A stretch of 64,000 nt of DNA from Squalus acanthias (Eukaryota). Within the stretch, counting starts at the first letter, position 1. The number at the start of each line of letters is the position of its first letter. This document shows positions 36,779-48,505 of this stretch, in pieces. The notes below the pieces were generated by a model. The model saw only the letters and a program-made list of their open reading frames with translations. It did no database searches and had not been told where the DNA came from. The translations under genes and the position numbers were made by a program. Where the stretch lies: positions 123,070,001-123,134,000 of the forward strand of contig CM059434.1 in NCBI GenBank assembly GCA_030390025.1, read 5' to 3'.

Positions 36779-39548
36779 ATGGCCGCGCCTACGGGATTCA
36801 TCGGAAGCCTCGGCATGTATGACCGAACTCACGAACCATTCAGTTCTTACACTGAGTGGATGGAGATTTTTTTAAGGCCAATAACATTATTGAGACAAAA
36901 GGTGCAGATGAGAATGTTTAAGCTCAAAATAAAGTAATTCGCGAATGTAAAAAAGCAATTGTTATAACGGAGATTGGGCCAGATGTCTACGGAACGTTGA
37001 CAAACCTACTCGTGTCAGGGAAAGCGAAGGATGCGTCTTTTGAAGACATTGTCGAGAAACTCGAGGACCATTTTGACCCAAAGCCATTAGAAATAGCAGA
37101 GAGCTATAAGTTTGGTACCAGAAACCAAAAACAAAGTGAAACCATCAGTGAGTACATTGCAGCTTTTAAGAACCTGTCTTTGCATTGTAACTTCGGCACA
37201 TTTTTGGATCGTACGTTGCGAGATAAGTTTGTGTGTGGACTGGTGGATGAGCGAACACAGTCCAAATTACTGAACACTCCGAACCTAATGTTTGACATAG
37301 CATGCAAAATTGCCCTATCTATGGAGATGGCGTCTAAGAATGCTAGAGAGCTCTGTCCAACTCAAGTGACTAGTGCAGCTGAGGTCTACAGTCACAAAGC
37401 CACCGCAAAACCTAAAGTTCTGAGACCAAGTCAAAAACATGTCCATGAAAGCAGTTCAGTGAATTGTTATCGCTGCAATGGAAATCACTCACCACAGTCC
37501 TGCCAATACAGAAGTGCGAAGTGTTTTCACTGCCAGAAGCAAGGCCATATTTCAATAGCTTGCAGAGCTAGATTTAAAGCAGGAAGTAAGAACCATTCTA
37601 GTCGCAATGCAAAGCAGCAACAACAAAAGGGAGTAATTCACGATATTGAAGTGAACACACCTGATGTTGAAGAACTCGGCAACTACAGTATCTATGCCAC
37701 TAGCAGCAACACCAGCAGTCGTGAGAAAGACTTCCGTACAAAACTTTTGATCAATGAGCAATATATTGATATGTGTATCGACACAGCGGCGGACTGCTCT
37801 ATCATGAGTAAGGACACATATGAGAGTAAGTTTAATCAAATACCACTTACAAAGAGTACCGTAGAGTTAAAAACCTACTCTGGAGAAATCCTAGAGACAT
37901 GTGGACAAATGGAATGTACAGTTCAACACAATGGCCAGTCAGAAAAGTTGCCTATTATTGTAGCGAGCTACAACAACAGGCCAACCCTCATGGGCAGAGA
38001 CTGGTTGAGAAATTGAAACTGGACTGGAAAAACATCTTCAGTGTAGATGCTTCAAAGACAAAACTGTACGCTTGTGCGGTGACTACAAAATTACAATCAA
38101 CCAAGCAGTTGATGATGAGCAGTACCCATTACCTACATCACAAGATTTATATGCAGCACTCTCTGGGTCAAAGGTTTTCTCCAAGCTTGACCTGTCGCAC
38201 GCTTACGCTCAGCAGAATGTTGACAAAGTGAGTCAACAGTATCTCACCATCAACACACACAAGGGACTGTACTCATACACCAAGCTGCCGTATGGTGTAA
38301 AGTCCTTCCCCAAATCTTCCAGGCTACGATGGATAAGATTTTGCAAGGAATTCCAAATTGCTGATGCAATCAAGACGATGTGCTGATTACAACAAGCAGC
38401 ATGGAAGTAAATCTAGAAGTGTTAGATTTAGTGCTTCAAAGGCTGAATTCCCACAGTGTAAAATTGAAAAGGAGCAAATGTGCTTTTGTGCAGCCCGAGG
38501 TTGAGTACATTGGTCTGAAAGTTGATGCAAATGGATTGCAATCAGTTAAGGAAAAGGTTGATGCTGTCATCAAGGCTCCAAAGTCACAGAGCGTGTCTGA
38601 GTTAAGATCTTTCCTTGGAATGGTCCAGTACTACGCGCGTTTCTTACCTGAGTTAACGACCATGTTGGCTCCATTGCACGAGCTCCTCAAGAAGGATGTC
38701 CAATGGAAGTGGACAAAAGCGCAACAGGAAGCTTACGACGCCTGTAAGAGAAGTCTCTCTAGCGATGCTCTACTTGTGCACTACAACTCAGAGCGTGAGC
38801 TTAAATTAGCATGTGATGCTTCCAGTTACGGTGTAGGAGCTGTCATAAGCCATGTAATGGATGATGGCCAAGAGAAACCAATCGCTTTCGCATCGCGAAC
38901 CCTCACAAAGAGCGAAAGAAACTACATGGAAATTGAAAAGGAGGCACTCACCATACTGTTTGGAATCAAGAAATTCCAACAGTTCCTGATCAGCAGAAAG
39001 TTTACCCTGATAACCGATCACAAACTGCTCCTCGCAATATTGGGGCCCAAATCTGCCATCCCTGCAATGGCCGCATCAAGAATGCAACATTGGGCGGTGT
39101 TGTTGTCACAATATGACTACACAATATAATATCGCACTTCAAAGCAAAACGCAATCGCAGATGCCTTGTCCAGGATGCCACATGAAGACTCATGTGTTGG
39201 GAGTGAAGGTGAGATTTTCCCGCTAGGTGCAGTTGACAAAGACGTTCCCATGAATGCAACTGAGATTCCAGATAGGACTCAAAAGGACTCGGTACTGAAA
39301 AGATTATATGAAAACACCTTGAATGGATGGACTGATCAGTGTCTGGACACAGAGTTGAAACCATTCCATAACCGTCGTACTGAATTGTCTTGTGAGCAAG
39401 GTTGTATCAAGTGGGAAAACAGAGTGGTGGTACCTACTTCTTTGAGTTCGGAACCAAAACAAAACAGCCCGATAATTGGTTCAACGCCAAAACCTTTTGT
39501 AAGGAGATCAGGAAGGCTCCGCAAATCTGTTATTAAACTGGATTTGTA
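36779..39548 (+). pseudogene. gag-pol polyprotein, frameshifted, with PR-RT linker and integrase core deleted
   Basis: LRDKFVCGL; zinc knuckles CYRCNGNHSPQSC and CFHCQKQGHISIAC; protease IDTAAD; RT CGDYK, YPLP, KLDLSHAY.Q, NQDD; RNase H DASSYGVGAV and PIAFASRTL. GCIKWENRVVVP runs straight into the C-terminal RRSGR..LDL. Confidence 0.93.
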
Positions 39549-39901
39549 CTGGAAACTCTCGTTTAAACGGCACCTAAATATCCGGAATTCTCTATTAACC
39601 GGCAAAATTCATACTCCGAAATCACCACCTCAATAACCGTTTTGTTTTACTGTTAAGTAATTAAAGAGTTATGGATTACCCTCAACTGGCAGTACTGTAC
39701 TTAATCAAGCATCTTCCACCATCCATTTAACACAACATTCTGTAGGTGAGTACCCAATTACTGTATACTGCACATTTCTTGATTTTTTTATTTTTGTTTG
39801 TTAAAAATAGCCTCGGTAGATAACCCTCTCCGTTATCCGGAATTTTTAATCAACCGGCACCATCCTGGTCCCGTCGGTGCCGGATACCAAAGAGTTTCCT
39901 G
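39549..39901. mobile_element. Tc1/mariner (pogo/Tigger-like) MITE with TA TSD
   Basis: ta|CTGGAAACTCT...AGAGTTTCCTG|ta; repeated subterminal TATCCGG/ACCGGCA motifs. Confidence 0.85.
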
Positions 39902-40244
39902 TAGTTCATTTAAAAGAAAAAAGTGCCAGGGATTTTTGTTATGTGGTACATGCAATGCTGGGAAAGTTGGGACCATAGTTTTGTTGTATTTGAGAGGGGA
40001 ATACATGCAATTTTTTTAAGGGGAAAGCAGTGTAATGTATTATCACATGGTTTGTCACATGGTTTAGTATGAGCATGCTCAGTTCGCTCTGGCCTAGTAA
40101 AGCAAGCACATGAACTATCAACTCGTGTCTCTGTCCTTCATTTGCTCTACCCACATATATTACACCTAGGAACTGATATGACTCACCAAATGGAACAAAT
40201 ACCCCACGTATCTTGCAATCACAACCTTTAGAACCCTCCTCTTG

Positions 40245-40698
40245 AGCTGTGGCTCAGTGGGTAGCACCCTCACCATTGAGTCAGAAGGTTGTGGGGACTT
40301 GAGCACATCAATCTAGGCGGACACTTCCAGTGCAGTGCTGAGGGAGTGCTGCACTGCCGGAGGTGCCGTCTTTCGGATGAGACGTTAAGCCGAGGCCCCG
40401 TCTGCTCTCTCAGGTGGATGTAAAAGATCCCGTGGCACTATTTCGAAGAAGAGCAGGGGAGTTCTCCCCGGTGTCCTGGGCTAATATTTATCCCTCAATC
40501 AACATCACTAAAAACAGATTATCTGGTCATTGTCACATTGCTGATTGTGGGAGCTTGCTGTGTGCAAATTGGCTGCCGTGTTTCCCACGTTACAACAGTG
40601 ACTACACTTCAAAAAGTACTTCATTGGCTGTGAAGCGCTTTGGGACGTCCTGAGGTTGTGAAAGGTGCTATAGAAATCTAAGTCTTTATTTTTTCTTT
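40245..40698 (+). mobile_element. Deu-domain tRNA SINE
   Basis: Head, core and tail present. Confidence 0.88.
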
Positions 40699-40704
40699 CA
40701 TAGT

Positions 40705-41458
40705 GGCCCTGAAATTCCGTTCCCTACGGGTGAGTACGCGCTGTGTACTCACCCGTAGGGCCAACGGAAGTGCCGGCTTCGCGCATGCGCTGGAAACCGG
40801 AACTTCCGTTCTCTTGAAGGAAGGGGTTCACAGGTCAACTGCGTGCGCGGGAGAGGCAGCGCGTAGACCTGGAACTTCCGCTTTTTTTACAGGTTTCTCC
40901 GTGCGGGTAAGTCCCTGGCAGCTGCGCGTGGAAAAAGCAGGTGCAAGGCCTGCTTTTAACAAGGTAAGAGGTGAATTAAGTAAAATTGAAACATTTTTTC
41001 CACAGGTTTATCATTTTTAAATACTTTAAAGAAAGGTAAGTTTATTTTTAGCCCCGTTAAAAACTTTAATTAACTTTTTCAAAAATTTTAATTTTTGTTT
41101 AAAATAGTTAATTTATGTAATTTACAGTTATTTTAAAAATGTGATGTTTTAAAAAAAAATTATTTGAAGTTTTACTTAGGTTTTGAGGCCGATCTCTAGT
41201 TATAGATTTGACAGGTCTTCCTGTCAAATCTATGAATGGAGCTTCCCTGCTCCGATTGGCTCCCCATGGCCCACGTGATCCCAGGGGACGCTGCGAACTA
41301 GTTGCGCCGCTGGGATCCGCGAGCACTGCGCACCGGCAGCTGGAGGAGGCCCAGGATCGGAATCCCACGCGGGCCCACAGCACAACGGCAGGCGCGCTAG
41401 GTAAGTGCAGGTCGGGGGCTTGCGCCCGCGGGAAGCCTCCAACCCGAATTTCTGGGCC
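40705..41458. mobile_element. Harbinger-type MITE with GGCCC(T/A)GAAATTC TIRs
   Basis: agt|GGCCCTGAAATTCC...CGAATTTCTGGGCC|aat (3-bp TSD with one mismatch); GC-rich ends and AT-rich centre. Confidence 0.8.
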
Positions 41459-41864
41459 AATATCACACTGGCGGGCGGGGAGGGGCGGAGGGAGAAATGA
41501 CCACTATATCCCAATGGGAAGCCCATTCTTCAAGATAATTGAATAATAGAGTGGACTAGATGCTCAGCTGATTCCACCAACAACACAATATCATCTACAA
41601 AAAGCAACACCATAGTTCTTTCAGAAATGCCTGGAACATCTTACAATGCTATCCAACACATTGTCGACGAAGACATAAAATAGGATAATTAACCACGGGC
41701 TCCTCTTTTTGAGAGAAAAAGGTTCAGTGAGTCTCCACATCGACACTTAAATAAATCTTGGAGTGTGCATCCTGGATAAAACTAATCCAATAGTTTCCCG
41801 CTTCCTCCTGACAACTGCATGAAATACTAGGTGGAGAACCTGATAAAAATAATGAAAGCAATAA

Positions 41865-42122
41865 CACAAAAGCAAAATACTGCGGATGCTGGAAATCTGA
41901 AATAAAAACAGAAAATGCTGAAAATATTCAGCAGGTCAGGCAGCACCTGTGGAGAGAGAGACAGAGTTAGCGTTTCAGCTCGATGACCTTTCGTCAGAAC
42001 CAATTTTCATCCAATTTTCTCCCCTCTTCTCCTAAAGGCACTGACACATGTTGGGCTAAAGTTCTGATGAAAGTTCATCAACCTGAAACATTAACTCTGT
42101 TTCTCTCTCAACAGATGCTGTC
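41865..42122. mobile_element. Two Penelope terminal repeats in inverted orientation (41865-42000 on -, 42060-42122 on +)
   Basis: Both match 51946-52082 and are separated by ~60 bp of SINE-tail sequence. Confidence 0.8.
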
Positions 42123-42729
42123 ATTTCCATGAAATTAATATTATTGGGTTTCCCGTGAGCCTTAAAACATTCCACAATCTGGGATACAAGTTGCTCTATA
42201 CATTCCTTGAAAGAGTGAAATCCAGACCGTTCCTAGCTGGCCGAGAGCATCAATATATTATATTCTGTATGACAGGCATGGAAAGGACCTACTCCCTCAC
42301 ACAAAGAGTGTTATTGTATAGTTTCAATCAGCTGTTACTTAAGCCCTGAATAAACTACTGTATCAACTTCATACTATTGTCAAACCAATATACACTGGTT
42401 TAAAGCAGGTAACATAACCTTGTAGACATAGGAAACCAGAATGGCAGTTCGCCTCAAGCCCCAAAGGTGTCATATCCATTCTTATGCCAATACCTTGGAA
42501 GTACAAATGCTGAGATGCTGTTGTATTGTGATCACAGTACTGGTATCTCACTAGTCTTCCCAGTCCCTGGATTTTTCCTGATGAAATCTTGCTAACAGAA
42601 TTTCAGGCCTAGATTGTTTTCCATGTTGTAGTTAGCTTCTGGGTATTACCTCATCAGTATTTGTGCATGATCATAGAGTCTTATCAGCAGGAGACTCTGC
42701 TAAGGAGTGTCACTTGTGCTGCTTGACCA

Positions 42730-43775
42730 TCCATCCAATTTTTTTCTCTCCTCTGCTAAAGGCACTGAGACATGCTGGGCTAAAGTTCCACATGCACTGC
42801 CCATTCTCCAGCATCCACCAGTCATGAGATGAGACAGTGAGTGAGTATCTGCAGGCCCGATTCTGTCCAATTCTGTCCTCACTAGAACAGGCTCGGGCTC
42901 TTTCCTCTAGAAAAGAGAAGGCTGAAGGGTGACCAGATTGAGGTCTTTAAGATTATAAAAAGGGTTTGATAGGGTTGACATAGCGCTGTTTCCACTTGTA
43001 CGGGAGAACACAACTACCAGCCATAAATACAAGATAGTCACTAATAAATCCAATCGGGAATTCAGGAGAAACTTCTTTACCCAGAGAGTGGTGAGAATGT
43101 GGAACTCGCTACCACAGGGAGTGGTTGAGGCAAATAGTGCAGATGCATTTCAGGGGAACGTAGGAACATAAGAATTAGGAGCAGGAGTCGGCCATACGGC
43201 CCCTCGAGCCTGCTCCACCAGTCAATAAGATCATGGCTGATCTTTGACCTCAATTCCACTTTCCACCCGATCTCCATATCCCTTGATTCCCCTAGAGTCC
43301 AAAAATCTATCTATCTCAGCCTTGAATATACTCAACGATTCAGCATCCACAGCCCTTTGGGGTAGAGAATTCCAAAGATTCACAACCCTCTGAGTGAAGC
43401 TAAATAAACAGATAAGGGAGCAAAGAATAGAAGGTTATGCTGATAGGGTGAGATGAAGCGGGAAGGGAAGAGACTCGTGTGGAGCAGTTGGGCCGAATAG
43501 CCTGCTTCTGTGCTGTACATTCTATGCAATACTATGTAATCCACACATGTGCATTTTTAGCAGGAATCACCAGATAGCAATCTGGAGCAGAAACCCTGAC
43601 TTTCACCCCCCACTCCCCCTTCCTAGCCCAGGGGCACTGAGGCCAACTTCAGTGCCCAACCACTGATCCAGCTGTGATCAGCTAGTCAGCACACACTCAG
43701 AATTGAACCTGGCCAGGCCAGTGTGGTCTGTATGGTTCAGGTCCACACATGCATTGCATTTACCAACTGAAGCAG
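42730..43775 (-). mobile_element. AmnSINE2-like SINE split by CR1 (pieces 42730-42882 and 43540-43775)
   Basis: CCTAGCCCAGGGGCACTGAGGCCAA..GATCAGCTA.TCAGCACA..TGGTCTGTATGG; left piece ends TCTGTCCTCAC. Confidence 0.65.
42885..43540 (+). mobile_element. CR1 3' fragment with a second CR1 3' end nested in opposite orientation (43159-43398)
   Basis: The host reads ...TTCAGGGGAA|GCTAAATAAAC after removal. The insert has a GAACATAA tail and GGAGCAGGAG. Confidence 0.88.
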
Positions 43776-43814
43776 CTGGAGAAGCAATGAGCCACTCAGT
43801 TCGATACAATGATA

Positions 43815-44145
43815 TAACGTCTTCGGATGAGATGTTAAACCGAGGCCCCGTCTGCTCCCTCAGATGGATGCAAAAGATCCCATGGCCACTATTTCGAAGA
43901 AGAGCAGGGGAGTTCTCCCCGGTGTCCTGGCCAATATTTATCCCTCAATTATCATAAAAAAAACAGATTATCTGGTCATTATCACATTGCTGTTTGTGGG
44001 AGCTTGCTGTGCGTAAATGTTGCTGCTGCGTTTCCCACATTACAACAGTGACTCCCCTTCAAAAAGTACTTCATTGGCTGTAAAGCACTTTGGGATGTCC
44101 TGAGGTCCTGAAAGGCACTATAGAAATGCAAGTCTTTCTTTTTTT
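43815..44145 (+). mobile_element. Deu-domain SINE (5'-truncated)
   Basis: Core and tail present. Confidence 0.88.
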
Positions 44146-44629
44146 TAAGACCGCTCTGATCTAATCATTATAATACCTGGAATGGCGAAAACCATGTCAT
44201 GCCAGATAAAGAGAGCAAGCAGGAGAGTTAGGGTTACTGCAGATAGAAAATCAGTCAGATGTTGCATATGCTGCATATGCTGCCAAGATCATGCTGGAGG
44301 GAATCCTCCCTCCTGTAGCTAGCTCACTCTCCTTGCATAGTTTAATCACTGAACAGGGAGGAACTGCAAAAACATGAAGAAGAATAAGATATCAAGCAAC
44401 ATGGAAAAGGTAAATCTGGAGCACTAACTCATACTGAGCCTTGACAGAAGGACGAAGGGCAACGGTTTACCCTTGTGAAAGAAGAATTTAGGAATGATGT
44501 CAGGAAAAATTCGAAGTGAATGGAATCTGATCCAGGCAGTTAGGTTAAAATCGCCCCCCTCTTTCTTCAGAATATGTGGGGAAAGGAGAGGAAAAACCAG
44601 AGGTAAAAAAGTAAAGCAGAAAAAAGACA

Positions 44630-45153
44630 AAAGGAAGGATATACTTGCCTTAGAGGCGGTGCAACGAAGGTTCACTAGATTGATCCCTGGGATGAGAAGG
44701 CTGTCCTATGAGGAGAGATTGAGTAGATTGGGCCTATACTCTCTGGAGTTTAGAAGAATGAGAGGTGATCTCATTGAAACATATAAGATACTGAGGGGGA
44801 TTGATAGGGTAGATGCAGAGATGCTGTTTCCCCTGGCTGGAGAGTCTAGAACTAGGGGGCACAGTCTCAGGATAAGGGGTCGGCCATTTAAGACTGAGAT
44901 GAGGAGGAATTTCTTCACTCAGAGAGTTGTGAATCTTTGGAATTCTCTGCCCCAGAGGGCTATGGATGGTGAGTCATTGAGTATATTCAAGACTGAAATC
45001 GATAGATTTTTGGACTCTAGGGGAATCAAGGGATATGGGGATCGGGCAGGAAAGTGGAGTTGAGGTGGAAGAGCAGCCATGATCTTATTGAATGGCGGAG
45101 CAGGCTCGAGGGGCCGTACGGCCTCCTCCTGCTCCTAATTCTTATGTTCTTAT
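44630..45153 (+). mobile_element. CR1 3' fragment
   Basis: KDILALEAVQRRFTRLIPGM..LSYEERL..RRMRGDLIE; (TTCTTATG) tail. Confidence 0.93.
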
Positions 45154-46919
45154 TTGGAACTGACCAAGATTGTTTGAATTCAGCTTCATTCCTCACATCT
45201 TTCCTATCACTTTCTGTGTAGCTGTAAGTAGCTACATATTTATACATACAAAAAGACTCAATGCTGTATTATCTGTGTAAGCTGTTTTGTTCCTTCACAA
45301 TACTGCCACCTTCACATGAGAAAACAGAGAGTTTAAGCGTACTGCAGCACGGTGCTGTTTCTGTAATCATATCATGTAGTGTTGATTGTAAATGATTTAT
45401 GCGCTGTCTTCTTTCTCTGCCATAAGAGTGCCATCTCTTGAGGCCAACTGCTTGCCATCATTCAAATACGCCAGTGCTCAAAGCAACACTATTATACTGC
45501 CAAGAAATAGCACCACGAAACACAGCGCATTAATATATAAAGGAACAGTTTCAAAATTAGTCAGAAAAAGTGAAAGAGAAATGAAAGTGCATTGGTTTCG
45601 CAGGCCCTCAAAACGGATCAGATCACACTCCCAAAAATATTACTATTTTTGTGTTGTCTACCAATTATATTTTACGGCTTGTTAGGATTCTTAAGTGGTG
45701 AGTTTCAAACATTTATGCAGTTAAAGCAAGGCCCTTGTTTTTTTTTTTAAATCCTGACTCCCTGAAGCCCGTCAAGTGCTGAAAGAGGTAGTTGATGAAG
45801 AAGAAGCGTATGTCAGAGAGGTGCAGGTGCACTAACAGTCAACGGAGCAAACATCGCTTTCGTGGTCCAATGTGACTCCTTTGTATTTGCTTTTTTTTGT
45901 GCTTAGTTAGCATGTGGTAACGGCATTCACAGGGTGTCAGTAATGTTAATAAAGAGTGCTGCAGCTCTTGTTTCCGTTCGTGGTTAACCCTGTGTCATCC
46001 CACCAGGCCTGTTTACATGAGCACCTGACTAACGCCCAATCCTGCTACACATATTTCACTTGCACCGACAACTAGCAACTGTTTTGCCGAATTATTACTC
46101 ATTTAACGCCGAGAGTGTGTTTTTTCAGCAGACACACAGAAGAAATACGTGCTTTTTTAGCCTAGACATTAACGTGAAAACTCCTAATGGTTTGGACACA
46201 ATATGCTAACCACTCTTCCAACTACTCTCTCGAAGACTAATTTATCATTTTATCTAAACAGGAAAAGCTTATTTCAAAGCAGGTGTTTTCTGTTTATTGA
46301 TAGCAGCAGCCATTAACTGCATTGCAGAGATTGGTGGCAATCATTTCTCACCCGATGATACTGCCTGCTATTCAGGACCAGCAGTCTCCAGGCAAGGGGG
46401 CTTCTTTAATTAGGAGCTTTATATCGCAGAAAAAAACAAGAAAAGCCAGCATTTCTATGGCACTATCACTCTCCATGAAACATCTCAAAGCGCTTCTCCA
46501 TTACCTTGGCTCAGTTGGTACTATTGCCGCGCGTGGAATCTTGCTGTGCGTTGAATGGCTGATCTGTTGATTTACGGAACAGTAATTCATTGGAAAACGA
46601 AGAGATGTTTTGGAGCCATGATAAGGTGTTATATAAGTGGAAGCCTGTTGTTATGTAAGCACATGCTTTAACCATGCTGTGCTGACAACAGCCCACAAAC
46701 AGCAATGAACGACATACAGCACAGAAAGAGGCCCTTCAGCCCATCGTGTCCGCGCCGGCCATCAAGCCCTGTCTATTCTAATCCCATTTTCCAGCACTTG
46801 GTCCGTAGCCTTGTATGCTATGGCGTTTCAAGTGCTCATCTAAATGCTAGACACTTGAAATAGACACGGAAAATGCTGGAAATACTCAGCAGGTCGGGCA
46901 GCGTCTGTGGAGAGAGAAA

Positions 46920-46960
46920 CAGAGTCAACGTTTCAGGTCGATGACCCTTCGTCAGAACTG
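46920..46960 (-). ncRNA. Minimal type I hammerhead ribozyme motif
   Basis: Minus strand AGTT-CTGACGA-AGGGTCATCGACCT-GAAAC-GTT-GACT. Conserved cores with a pairable stem II. Confidence 0.7.
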
Positions 46961-47086
46961 GAAAGAGTTCAATGACAGTTATTTTAGTTGAGCAAAGAAT
47001 GTTGGCCAGGGCATCATTAGAACTTAAATAACAACAGAAAGTGCTGGAAACACTCAGCGGGTCAGGCAGCATCGAGGAGAGAGAAA

Positions 47087-47125
47087 CAGAGTCAACGTTT
47101 CAGGTTGAACCCTTCGTCAGAACTG
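47087..47125 (-). ncRNA. Minimal hammerhead ribozyme motif (second tandem copy)
   Basis: AGTT-CTGACGA-AGGGTTCAACCT-GAAAC-GTT-GACT. Confidence 0.6.
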
Positions 47126-47399
47126 GAAAAGTTTAGGGAAGAGAGATTTTTTAAGCAGGGGCAGGGAGGAGGGGAGGAAAGAACAAAGGGAAGGTCTGTG
47201 ATAGGATGGAAGGCAGGAGAGATTGACTGACAAAAGGGATGATGGTGCGAGGCAAAAGGAGATGGTAATGGGACAAGTTAAGAAACAAAAGATGGCTCTG
47301 GATGAGGTGTGAATGATGATGGCAGCAACATTAACAGCTACCATGTGAGGAAACAAGAGAAAAAAATATTAAGAAATACAGGGGCCAATTTATAGGCTG

Positions 47400-47630
47400 G
47401 AAAAACTTCCTGCTCTTCTTCAAATAACATGATGGAATCTTTAGTGCCCACCTGAACTCCTGGAACAGACAGAATCTTGGTTTAATGACTCAGCTGAAGA
47501 ATTTGAATCGCATGATCGTGCGGAACCAGCATGTCAATCTAGATTGTGAGCTCAAACCTTGGTGTGCAGCTCAAACTCACAACCTTCTAAAATAGAGACA
47601 AGAGTGCTGCTGAGTGAGCCAAGCTGACAT
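47400..47630 (-). mobile_element. Degenerate Deu-type SINE 5' part
   Basis: CTGCTCTTCTTCAAATA..ACAACCTTCT..GCCAAGCTGACA. Confidence 0.6.
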
Positions 47631-47664
47631 GGAGTTTATCTTAATGATAAAATGTAAGAGTAGG

Positions 47665-48030
47665 ATTGGCATTGTAATAGGTCAGGCACTGACCTTTCAC
47701 CGACTGGGACCAGGGTTCAAATCCAGCTCAGGTTTATTGGGTTGAAAATCAACTTTTATGTGAAATGAATTTTGACTGTCTCATTCCAGATGAGTGGCAA
47801 ATGGAACAAAACACTGTTACTTTATCACTAGTTGGCCATGACACTCAGACAGGTCCAAGATTGGCTTGTGTGGAAATGGGAAAATACACACTGATTCCAG
47901 CGATGAGGGATTGTGCTTCTGAGGTTAGGGTTGGGAGCAGAGCGACAAACTAGCACTTGGCTGTACTATCCCTGGCTTGGGACTGATTGTTGCCGACACT
48001 GGATGTCTGAAATGGAAAATGTTCAATGAG
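47665..48030 (+). mobile_element. Old tRNA-derived SINE resembling LF-SINE
   Basis: CCTTTCACC..GGTTCAAATCCAGCTCAGGT (B box), TATGTGAAATGA, GTCTCATTCCAG and AGGTTAGGGTTG occur in the order I recall for LF-SINE. Confidence 0.45.
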
Positions 48031-48079
48031 CAGAAAAACAAATTTAGAAAAAAGAAAAAGAAACAACATCGCACCCCAG

Positions 48080-48505
48080 CGACCACCTTAAACATTCACT
48101 CCATCCACCACCGGCGTACCGTGGCTGCAGTGTGTACCATCTACAAGATGCACTGCAGCAACTCGCCAAGGCTTCTTCGGCAGCACCTCCCAAACCCGCG
48201 ACCTCTACCACCTAGAAGGACAAGGGCAGCAGGCGCATGGGAACACCACCACCTCCAAGTTCCCCTCCAAGTCACACACCATCCTGACTTGGAAGTATAT
48301 CGCCGTTCCTTCATCGTCGCTGGGTCAAAACCCTGGAACTCCCTCCCTAACAGCACTGTGGGAGCACCTTCACCACACGGACTGCAGCGGTTCAAGAAGA
48401 CGGCTCACCACCACCTTCTCAAGGGCAACTAGGGATGGGCAATAAATGCTGGCCTTGCCAGCGACGCCCACATCCCAGGAATGAATAAAATAAATAAATA
48501 AATAA
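48080..48505 (+). mobile_element. Non-LTR retrotransposon 3' end (clade uncertain, RTE-X-like)
   Basis: LNIHSIHHRRTVAAVCTIYKMHC..RSFI....WNSLP; (AAAT)n tail. Confidence 0.75.

Larger units (their letters stand above)
36522..40164 (+). mobile_element. Ty3/Gypsy (Mag-like) LTR retrotransposon, internally deleted, TSD CCTAG
   Basis: LTRs 36522-36643 and 40031-40164 (TGTAAT...ATTACA); PBS TGGCGAC after the 5' LTR; PPT AAGGGGAAAGCAG; CCTAG on both sides; gag-PR-RT-RH order. Confidence 0.97.
46865..47365 (-). mobile_element. Penelope 3' region with two tandem terminal repeats
   Basis: Repeats at 46865-46962 and 47030-47126. 47126-47355 aligns to 52082-52315. Confidence 0.85.

Noticed and set aside
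44494-45063. 189-aa ORF as a host gene
   Set aside because: Chance open flank fused to the CR1 ORF2 C-terminus.
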